A DNA stretch of 64,000 bases from Phoronis australis (Eukaryota > Animalia > Phoronida), in NCBI GenBank assembly GCA_002633005.1, contig NMRA01000088.1, positions 667,318 through 731,317 of the forward strand, read 5' to 3'. The notes beneath the pieces are model-generated. The model ran no database searches. It was not told where the DNA came from and worked only from the letters and a program-made list of their open reading frames with translations. Of the stretch, positions 12,201-24,200 are shown piece after piece (within the stretch, counting starts at the first letter, position 1; the number at the start of each line of letters is the position of its first letter). The translations under genes were made by a program, and so were the position numbers.

Positions 12201-15200
12201 GTGATGCCACATCGTCGGCATTTCCCAGACATTGTCTACTACAAACCTATCAATGACTATACTATATCTGAGTTCTGTTTCAATCTAGGATTGTCAGAGA
12301 ATACTCTTCGATGGCTACTAATAACAGCAATTTTCGGAAAATGCTATGCAATCAACAGTGATCACAATGAATCGCCGCACAAAGAAGCATGGCGCGGAAT
12401 CGTCCCTTCCACGAACGTCACTCCCGGAATGACGCTTGCATAATTAGGGAAACTTAATATGAAAATTTGTCTAGGATAACCAGAAAGTCGTAATTAAACC
12501 AAAAATGGCACTACTGAAAAGCGGTTGCCTTCCGCTTGAACTCGCGTTCCCCCTTGTGTTCGAACTGGTGACAGACGCATCTAAAAACGACGCATACCAA
12601 GACCTAGTTCAGTCACGGACTTTCAAAACATAGTTATAAAAACCTGTCTTTCGATGGTCGTGGGTGCCTTTTTCCTCACAGCTAAAGCGTCCAAAGCGTG
12701 ATTAATCATTTGCCTATTTATCAGACCTGGTAAGGAATTTTCAAACATGCTCTGGACTGTGGAAGGTTGGTGAAGTTTAGAAATAACTGTGCTGTTCCAA
12801 TAACTCAGGAGATCTCGTAGTAGATAATCTGTTCAAAGCGGCCCGCTAAAACCAGGGATTAGTGTGCTGTTCCTTTAATCCAAGACACCTGCATGCGACA
12901 CGAAGGAGGTAATAATGACGAGTACAAACGATATTTTGAGAAGCTGAGAAACACATTCCTCTTGTTATTTCGCCTACCTTTGAATAGGGGACATATCGAC
13001 CACACGGTGAACGGACTGGCGCTGGAAAATTGGCCAAGAGCTAGCTCCAGAAAGAAGAGAGGTACTCCGCAAGTGAATAGGAAGAAGAAGTATGGCAGGA
13101 GGAACGCGCCTGAAATGAACAAAATGAAGAGAATACAATAAGTCATCTACTTATTTCTCTGTATGAAGAAATAATTGGGCGACTGCACTTCAGCATGTAA
13201 AAATGACATTTTCGGCCAAAAGGTGGTGACAAACGCGCACTGGATTATGGGAAAGTATTAACTCGCAGGAGATAAAACTTATATGTCATAGTCAAAAGGA
13301 ATCGAGAACAAAGTGTTGCGGTTTAACTAGGTGGTATACACCCCTGCTCGACATCAAATTCCGAAGTCAAACCCAACGACACTGAGGCTGTGAGTCCAAC
13401 AGGGGGCGGGCCCCCTGGAGCATCCTTGAATCCGCCTGTGTACCGCAATATCGGCCTCTTACTGTGACCGGCTGAGTGGTCACGGGCACTATGGTCATAA
13501 AATTGTTTCTCACGTGACCTGGAATGTGTTACGTCACGACTGGTTAGTAACGCCGAGTACGTAATTTTTGATATAACATGGGCGAATCACAAAGTAGTGC
13601 AAAGTAGTGCAAAGTAGAAATCCATACGGCTAGCCTTTTATCGTCTGCAAAACACTAATACCAATAACCAAACAATGCCGGAATTCAGTGAAGGTCACAA
13701 GGTTACGATTGACCAATCGGGTGTTGTATTTGTACGTACTCCCAATCGGAAGAACATGCAAACAACTTCTTAAACGGACTCATCTTCGACGGTGATTTCC
13801 ATATCCACGTTCATTCAAACGTAGACAAACCCCAACTCAAGAAACTTCGGGGTCAGGTTGACTAGATGTGCTGTCTCAATGTCAATCCAGTGCTCAAGCG
13901 CGGGGATTTGAGGATGCCCTCCTGGCTGTGTTACTTATAAACATTTGTTACGTTTTAATGTTAAAGAGTATTTATTAGATTCTAACTCTGAACGTTTGTT
14001 TCGAAAGCTAAATACAATTTACAATTGTTAAGTTTAAAATAAAATTATTAACAAAAAGGAAATGGTTCTACCTTACATTTCGCAAGCGCCGTTTTTAAAA
14101 AGTTGCGTCATATGATTGGAATTTCGTCAAAATCCCGAAGCTTGCCAAGGGATGTTCACGGAGATGTTTTTCCCATGTCATAAACTTGAGACGAGTGTAG
14201 AATTCTCTATTTCCCCACCCTGTATTTGTTCAAGCACATCGCAAAGGGGTTTCGTGTATTGTTATGTCATGGCATTTGGTAATTGCCCTCAAATGAATAT
14301 CAGGAAATAAAGTTAATTCTTGAAAACGTTGACTAGGACGGCTATGTTTAATGTTAGACACCAATTTCAAAACAAATGGTTTTAGACCGATAAACAGGGC
14401 GAAATGCAATTTTGGCCTTTTGCTCTCATAATATGGGCCTCATAATGTTCGTTACCGTGACAGGATTCTATTTGACTGGGAGTGCGTATATGCGTCTTTT
14501 TCTAATTACCAATGTTAGGGTTTCCCAATCCGACTAAATTCTGAAGCAGCTTCTTGATTCGCTAATGAAACGCAATAGGCGACTTTTCATATTAGCGCTC
14601 TCTAGAGAAATGATAACACGAAAATGACTTCCGATTGATCCCGACTCAGATTTGGTGGACAGAAATCCAATTAACTACATAGTGATTCATTAATTTAAAA
14701 GCAGGGGAGTCAATTCCACTGCCAGTCACTCCCATTGTTTGATTAGCTTAAATTCACTAATTTAAATTAGCTTTTTGACACCGGCTGGGATAGAAATTCT
14801 CACGCTTTATCAGCCTCAGCCACTGGCTTTCAGTTGTCGGCGGATTCTTTCTCGCAGTGGGAAATGTATAGAACATGCCGTCATTGTTCATTCATTGATA
14901 TTTTGAAAGGTTTGCCCTCTCACATTAGTACATGTACATCCCACTGCACAGCAGTGGAAATTTCCCGATGTTATAATAGCAGGAAATGTGTTAAAGCACT
15001 GTTTATACCAGTAGGTTGAAACCTCCCGTCCGCATTACATAGGATCAGTAGGTGGCCCTGATCTCTCCATCAATACCTGATCGCCGTCGGGCGGGTTAGT
15101 GAATTTTAGTATGGCGCGGTTATTTCGAAAGTCAGCTATTGTTTGGCTAGAAGAAACAGTGTGAACAGCTTATTATTTAAAATGACATTATATTCTTATT

Positions 15201-18200
15201 AAAATGGCATAGGCAAATAATTGAATTCGGACCTCAAAAGCGAAGCCACCTATATTAATATAGCTGACCCGCTCTCCGGCCGCATTTTTCTTGAGGACCC
15301 CTATAATAATATAGGGGCCTTGCCGAAAGGCGGCCGGAGAGCGGGGCCAGCTATATTAATATAAAGGGCCCCGCCGGAGGACGGCTGATGAGTGAGGCTC
15401 ATTAGGTCCCGCTCTCTGGCCGCCTTCCGGCGAGGCCCTCTATATTAATGTAAAGAGCCCCGCTTTTCGACTGCCTTTCGGCGAGGTCCCACAGTGACGA
15501 ATTTAGAGGGTACATGTACCAGGCGTGCCTTCCGTATACACCACCAAACCTGACTGGCGAAAACGAAAGACATCGCGAGATATTGCCCTGAAGGCAACGC
15601 CTGTACGAATTATTTGCAAGGCACACGGATTTCATTATCAACAGACCAGAATTTGTGGAGAAACCAACATAAAATCACAGGTACACTTCATCGGCGGGTC
15701 AGCAATACTTTTTCGTTACCACCAATTTACGGAAACGATAGGTTTTGTGAACAAATCGATCAATGTTGACCATGACCCTATGTTTTTACATCCCCTCGTG
15801 AATACTTTACAGTGCTGGATTTACAGGGTGTTGAAGGGACAAATACTCCTGGGCAACCCTCCAAAAGTGGATCCCATCTGAGAGGAAGTGTCTTAATATG
15901 AAATACTCTAATATAAAAGCTATATCGTTAACAAAAAGTAGAAAGGAGTGACAGTTGATTCCAAAACAAGAAAAGGGTCCCCATGTTTGCTCTCTTCGGG
16001 CCACCACCAAGAGCTGGGCTGTGTTCGATGGAACTCCCCCTCCGCGGAAAAGGTCCAGCCCCAGCATATCCGTTTAAGATATTTTTATAGAAGGATAGAT
16101 GGACTTCAACAACAACACTGTTGTAGCTATTGATACTACTAACTACAATGATAACTAAATTAGTAGGAATTTTGAAATTGCTTTAGACTCAAAGCGTTTC
16201 ACGTGGCATCGGGCCGTACCCGGCCAACTGCGCCCAAGTGATGTATGTGTAGATGACAGGATATCGGTCAGACGATAAAAGGAGGCTTGGTCAGCATTGA
16301 GCGCGCGTGGTGGCAACACCAAATAGCAATAAGGGAATCTAAAAGTGAATGCCTATACTGCTACTGTAGGCATAGATGTCTAGCCCAATGACCTAAGCAA
16401 GCTGTATAGCAACGAGACGGCTTCCAAAAAGTAGTGCGATGTGAATGCCTAAAATCGGCCAAGAAACAAAACAACCATAATCATTTGAGATGTGTTATTC
16501 TGCTATTTTGGTTTAATTGCTGCCATAGTACGGTAAAGAGCAAACATTTTCAAATTTTGAATTGAAAGTGATCGTCCAATATGCAAATATGTTGTCCATC
16601 CTGTGCCCACTCTGATTGTGGATTGGTGGATTGACGTGCACGCGTGTACATGTGTGAGCGTTTGTGTTCTTTTACAGACAGTTGACTTAAGTTCACTATA
16701 CGCCTAATTCATGCAGACGAGAAACACGCTCCAAAACGTGGCTCACTACGATTGCTCCGTTAAATGGCTAATCGGCATAGTTGTGTTCAGCGTTCCTGGA
16801 ACGGCGATAGAAAAAATACAGACATTCAACTGTCTTTTTACAATGCTTAAAGACGTTGAGATTCGGAAGCGTTGGGTCGTTGCCATAAGCCGCGACGAAG
16901 GAAAATATTTCCGGGTAAAATTGATAATTTTTTTTCGAAAGTTTGATCACATTTTGTCACATCTCGGTTGCCGAGCATCATAGCAACGACCGGTGAATCT
17001 TCGGCCAGCTAGGCTGTGTTTTTATGAATACGGGTTGAAACATGATGCATTTTTTCCAATCTCTCGATTTTGGGGCCGAATATCAGCCCTATTCCCCTCT
17101 CAAAAATATTGAAAAATCACGCGAAATTCCCCTCACGAGGCCTAAAAATTCCCCTAAAGTGTTTGAAATTTTCCCCTAAAAGTTCAAATCACCTGTAACC
17201 ACACAGGTGATAATTTGAAAGAGAACAAAATGCTACTTGAGACAGAGCCTATGAAAGCTTGCAACAGGGCGGGGATGCAACTGATGGAGATCGAGAGGTA
17301 GAATTTCCCCCTCACTCGGCGAAAACAATCCCCCTCTCAGAAGGCACAGGCACCTTTCCCCTCGGATGAGCGAGGCCCCTGAGAAAACATGATAACTATG
17401 CTTGACCGGTCCAGTTAATTGAAATTAAGCTCTAAAACTAGATGGGCTACTTTTTCAGGTTATGCTTCGGACAAACGAACTAGATGTTTTAATTTTAAAA
17501 TTCAACTTGGTCCAGATTGATATTCGAAACCGAACACATGAAATATATGTAAGAATTATCAAAACCAACAAAGCAGAATTGATGGTCAAATAATTTTTAT
17601 TTTCACTTAATTACCAGCCTGGGTTTTTATTTTCATAAAAATATATTTAATCACATCAATCATTCTTGCAAATCAAGGACAAAGCAACGGTAGTCCCTCA
17701 TCCCTCATTACCAGAACCTATGCTATGTTGGCTGCTTATATAATTCTTGATCTGCAAGTTAAACCAAATGTCACTTGCACATGACAGCAAAATGCGATGA
17801 GCCACCGCTGTCGAATATATCTTCAACTCGTCAAAAATACGAGAAGATGACCTGGTTCGTGTAGAAAACATTTTCATCAACAAGAAGAAACGTAACCTTG
17901 CATTCAGCATATGCTAAGGCTTTGCTACGACTATCTCGTAAGTCTAATGCGTATGAAATAACGAAATTACGATGAAGTTAGGCTTCAACTCTCGCAGTAT
18001 CATCTTCCGCTTTGTTATCGCAGTGAGCCTCGGTTTAGATTCTATTGTCCGCCCCGTGAATTAGAAGTATAGGCAATCCTTTGCCGTGCTCAAAATATCA
18101 GACATTCAACTACCGTGTTTTCATGCACTGAGAAAACCCCGTCAAGCCTTTTCACTTTTTTGGGAAATGAAGGCCTAGACTTAAACTTTGGTCAGTAAAA

Positions 18201-21200
18201 AAAGCTTCTCTTGTCAATCAGTGTCCATGGTGCACAGCCCCGCAGACTTCATACGAGCAACAAACTTGATGGAAAAGGTTTCCAAGGTTACATGTCACTA
18301 CATGTATGCCACTACTGCGAAGGCTCACTTTGACTCCGAAGGTTCGCTACCTTCGAAAATTCACTACTTCGAATTTCCCCAATTCCAAAACCACAACTTC
18401 GACAATTCACAACTCTGATTGTCTGCTCGCAACTCATTCTCAAGCATGCAGGGACAACATCTGGGGCCTGGGCGGCTCATCAAAGGGGGCTGGGGAGCTA
18501 TAGCCACCCACTTATTTCAGTGCTGCGCTGCTCACGGCATGGGTGGCGCGCACCATTGTGGGCTGGGGGGCTATAGTCCCCACTTATTTCATTGCTGCGC
18601 CGCCTATGGGGTCAGGGTTGCGGCCACCAACGATGGTTTTAAATTCAAGAAGACTGAAGGGGACTCCCTGACTTCGTGAAGACAGGCAGGGACAGAGTAC
18701 CCTACTAACTACATTTAGTTTCGACCCGGCCGTGCGCGAGGTTCCTTGGGTGAGGTTGAGGCGCAGCGGCTCTAAACTTTTGAGTTGTGCTGCGATGCAA
18801 TCTTGACATGGATTTGATAAATGTATCGTGGTTGATAATTCATAAATATTGTTACCCCATATTCTTTCAAAATTGCAAATTCCTGCTCATTTTTTCGTGT
18901 TAAGACATGCGGGCAATTTCGCTTGCACATTGAAAATGAATCTAAACAGCGACCACCGTCTCTAGTTGTACTGGCCAGCTAGACGGTGGTCACGGCCTAC
19001 ATGAAATTCAAACCAAGTGTTTTAGTACCTGGACGTTGTTTTCGATATAGGTGCATCTAATAACCGAAGTATCGTTTTGTTTTGCATGTAAAAGTATAAA
19101 AACTACAGTTTGAAAGTTTAAATGTTTTCGGAGAAGTGGACCTTCGGAGTAGAGAATATTCGAAGTAGTGAACTTCGGAATAGTGAACCTTAGGAGTAGC
19201 AAACCTTCGAAACAGTGGGATGCTCCCAATTCCAGCTACGAAAGAAACTTCAGTAACGCGCAAAAATTCAAGATCAACAATTTCGTCAAGTAATTCTCCG
19301 ACTAAACTTCATATTTCCGTCCGAGCATGTAATGAGGTGTAATCACTCGTTTAAGCATGCCTGATTTGAAATGTTGACAGGAGGTAACGAGAGAACGTTC
19401 TCTTGCTGGACCACATTACATCCGAATTTGTGTCCCGTTCTTTGCGACCAACCGCCACATCATCCTCATCTCTGAAGTTCCGTATCACAACAGAAACATA
19501 AAGCAGTGTCATTGTCGTGTATACCAATTTCCCTTCCCCAAAATAAAATGCGTCAGAGGCCTTACTGAAAACTCTACAGTGTCGACGTTTGCAATATATC
19601 AAAGGCCCACCGTTCTAGAAATTTGAACCACTCCCGCTCAATGTTGGCTACGGGCCTGGTATGAATGCATAAACGATCGAACTGCAATTAATTTAAAAAC
19701 TGGGGGTGTCCTGGTCATTGCCCCCAATGGTAACGCATTCATAATGGTGGACGACACCGTGGACTCGCTTGTTCGAAAAATCAGCGCACGACAATTATCT
19801 TTTTCTCACCTCCTTTACTGGAAAATTTGCAATTAGTTGACTGGACGGTAGAGGCCGCTACGTTTCAAAATGGCCCCAGAATGTCATAGTTTTATCGCGC
19901 AAAAGATTTATAGCCACTCGTAAATATTTCTCAGCTCTAAGTATGTCTAGAAGGGACTTGAGTAAAGTTTGGTAGAGTACAATTTGGGTTAAAAGCATCT
20001 GAATAATTTAAAGGTCTGAGTAAAATTTGCTGGTCATGGACCTTGATGTCTCGAAAGATCGTGACTAATTTTCGAGATCATACAATGCTCGGCAAAACTT
20101 GTTTTTTATTGTTTCCAATATTTTGATATATTTTCGGTTATTCAAAACTACCGCAGTTTTGCAAATCTCCGTGGCATATTGTTAACAAGATTAGGTAAGG
20201 TTTCAACCGATTTGTTTTGATTTTTCGTGATTTGGACACGTCCTCCAGCATCCTCATAATTACGTTTTCCTGCTCAGAGATTTTCGATAGGTCCGACGAA
20301 TTAGGAGGCCACAAATTGCAGACAACATGCTTGGGACATTAGTTTTGCATGCACAATGCCATAATGCAAAATTCTATTTCGGCTTATTGCTTCCTTACCA
20401 AGCATTGTAATTAAATCATTTGCATGTTTTCACCCACTGCTCTAATGTAAGTGGATTTCATGTAGCTATTTTTGAGAATTTGCATAAATTGTGCAAATTA
20501 AGGCAGTCATGATTGAAAATTCGTCTTGCGCTTATAGCTGCTTGTATCAGGCACCACCGGAAAAATTATTGATTTTACACCCGTGTTTCTTGCTTTGTTA
20601 TGAAATACGTTTGCAGGTTGTTGTATGATAAATTTCCATAAATTATGCAATTCATGTGAACCATTATTCAAGATTCTGCTGTTTAAAATGCTGTTTCTTC
20701 TCTATTGCATGTCAATAATCATAAATTCGCAGTATTCAAGTAAATTGAGACCATTGAAAGTACTTTGGCTCATCGTCTTCGTTACCTGATTTTGGATGGT
20801 TTGATTAAGTTCGAGAGACTTTTGCGCGGCAGTACCTTCTGAAACAAGATTTGAAATTATCATGAGATGCATGCGCGCACCCAGACTAAAAAATGATGAC
20901 TGTGGACATTTTACTAAGATTCACGGGGTACGCTCAGAGCTATGAACTGTATATTCGCCGAATTTTGGTAGTTCCTACACTTTTAGTGGACTTTGTCTCA
21001 CTTTCTACTTTTTTCCGAGTTCTTGTTTCTCTGAGGCGGACCTTTTTATCCACTTCGCTCCTGGGTGCGCGCATGAGATGTGAGTTCCTACTACGGAAAA
21101 TCACCTTACTTTCCGTAACGTCACTAAAATCGTACACCCAAACATTCATTTGCATAGCTTTACATTCATTGACAAATTGTAAATGTAAAAACAAAAAAAT

Positions 21201-24200
21201 CTCCAAATAGGTGACCTTTGCACTAATGATGTTCCTCGCAGGCTCACACTCATGTAGCCCGCATCATGCAGTGTTATTCCCCAGCACCACTTCCTGACCA
21301 CTGGACACGGTTCAGTGATTTGCGGTGAATCACTTTCGCCCCAAAACTCGTTCTTAAAAAATATTTGGCAATTTTCAACTTGCTTCGCATTCGCATCGTC
21401 GTTTTATGTTGTGTTCCTAATTAATTTTGCCAGCAATTACAGACATAAGTAATTAGCCTGCAAGTTCCACTTCAACACACTATAAATGTTTGCTTAGAAA
21501 ATGTCCAAAGCCTTCAACTGAAGCACAACCTGACATATTCAAAATAACAGCATCTTCTCTTTTTATCAGTTTAGAAAACATTTGATTGCAGAAAAGCTGC
21601 ACTCATGAAGATCTAAAGATGAACGTGTACGTTTATTTTAGTTGGTGTATATATTGTCAGTTACGTCGTTTCACCCCACATGTGACAAGGCTGATGTACC
21701 GCAGTCCCAGCCACCATAAAACGGTCATAACCAGGGCAAGAACTTAAATAGAACTTAAAATTTTAGTCTAACACGCATATTTTTGTTTCAAACTATCGGA
21801 AATTCATAATCAAGAGCAATGCTTTTCATAAATTTTAAACGAACAGTTTGAACCCTGGTATTGGTTCTTATGATATTGTGCATTGACAGGTGGCACACTA
21901 GGTAGCCATCCTGTGACCCATATAGCACGTTACTTTTGCATATGACAACCGTTGCCACAGTATAAGTAACGCGATTCTAATTCAAGGATTGCGTGCAATG
22001 AGAGTAAACACATAATGGGGTTAGGAAGTTGGACATGAAGACTACCAAATAAAATTGATATTAATGATTTCGCTGCATTCTTCGAGTAACAGGGAAGGTA
22101 AATCCGTAAGCACTTTTTGTAGCGTTGAAAGTGGGTGTCACTCAAGTGCTTCTACAAGCCAGTTTGCGGGACTGTGGACATTGACATGTATGTTTTGGAT
22201 AGATCTTGGATATGTGAACAAATTTTAAAAAATCTCCCGAATTGGCTGTTTTCATTTTTTTTGTTCTAAAAGGTGACCCAGTGTTGCGCATTCATTTTAA
22301 AAAAAAATGTTGATGTAACTTCGTTACATTTAAAATGGTTTCAAGAAAGATAATTAATTGGAATCAACATTTTAGGGACCATAATGCTGTCTGACATATC
22401 CATATTACCATTTCACCCATTCAGCGTTCATAACTGGCCCTGGGTCAGAGATTACACTGGCACATAATTGCCTAGTGCCAATACACAAACTGTTGACGAC
22501 CTCAGAGATAATTTTTACAACCCAACAGACGATTTCATAAAGGTGGTTTCAAGTTAAACCTGGTTTAAACTGGACTTAGACCAGGTTTAATCTGCATTTC
22601 ATAAAGGTGGTTTAACTTTTAGACCAGTGGTTTAGTAAAACCTGGTTTAACTCCAGTTTAGACCTGGTCTAAGCCAGTTTTCATTTCACCAACGAGGTCT
22701 CTATGCCTTAGACCTTTTATTAAGATGTTAAACCAGCTTTAGACTTTGTCAGACCCAGGTTTAATACTATTGAATACGGCAGACTTGTACGATATAGGTG
22801 CAACTGAATGATGCGGTGATGTGCATTTACGACGCAGTTATAGAGCGAGAACGGACTATTTTCAATATTCAGTTTTAGGACGACACAAGATCAAACGTAA
22901 CAGGGGGATCAAGAGTTTTTAAAGGGGGTGGGGTGTCGGATCAAGGATTTTTAAAAGGAGGGTTTGGGTCAATAATTTTAAAATTATAGATTTGATATCA
23001 CTAACATCAAGGGAAAAGGGGGTCCGGACCCCTTGAACTTCTGGATCCGCCTATACGTAGACCAATATGTACTGAAGGGTGTCCTTCGGATGGCCTCAGA
23101 ATACACGACGGGTCCAGCAGAGCGTCATCGTCGCAAGCGATACGCGTATGACCGTGAAAATGGCGTCTAATGATTCCTCTGACTGAGTTTTATCTCAATT
23201 TGTCCCCGATATAATGTTTCCGGACAAGGGTCCTGCCTCCCCCCTCCCCTTTGGCCACAAAAAAGAAGTAAAATGACACGGAAATAAATGTGTGCATTTA
23301 CTATGTTGCGGCTAATCGTGAGCAAGTACTCTAATGTGTGTACGTGTGTTGGACACAGATAATACGAAATGAAAAATATCTCCTCATGATATCCTAGATC
23401 TGCCACTGGGTCCCTCACCGTTTTCTTTGCCATTTTTTCACTGATGAAATTTTCTTTATTCTGGATTAATATCTCTCCAAGCCTGATGATTACATGTACG
23501 TTGACTTGATTTGGCACCAATTTTCTTGTTCTCGACTATGACATTTGCTTTTTCTCTGATCACTTATGAGGGAGAACATTTTTCGTCGTGAGAAAAGCTT
23601 TTAGCCCTTTTTCGCAACTGTCTGCACTGGTTCTACTGCTGTGTGCCATTGTGTACCCACATGATCAAGGTTTCGTTGAAGCACTTCAATAGTTTCTTTG
23701 TTGCTTTAATCCGATCCACACAGATGGGTGGCTTGNACACAGACAATACGAAATGAAAAATATCTCCTCATGATATCCTAGATCTGCCACTGGGTCCCTC
23801 ACCGTTTTCTTTGCCATTTTTTCACTGATGAAATTTTCTTTATTCTGGATTAATATCTCTCCAAGCCTGATGCTTACATGTACGTTGACTTGATTTGGCA
23901 CCAATTTTCTTGTTCTCGACTATGACATTTGCTTTTTCTCTGATCACTTATGAGGGAGAACATTTTTCGTCGTGAGAAAAGCTTTTAGCCCTTTTTCGCA
24001 ACTGTCTGCACTGGTTCTACTGCTGTGTGCCATTGTGTACCCACATGATCAAGGTTTCGTTGAAGCACTTCAATAGTTTCTTTGTTGCTTTAATCCGATC
24101 CACACAGATGGGTGGCTTGGATACTTTAAACCTGGCGTGCGTTCAGTAGACGCTAGGACCTACGCTAGGACCTAGCCAAAAGCTAGTCAAGGTCACGTGC

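Noticed and set aside
15385-15405. CTGATGAG as a hammerhead core
   Set aside because: No stem II followed by GAAA.
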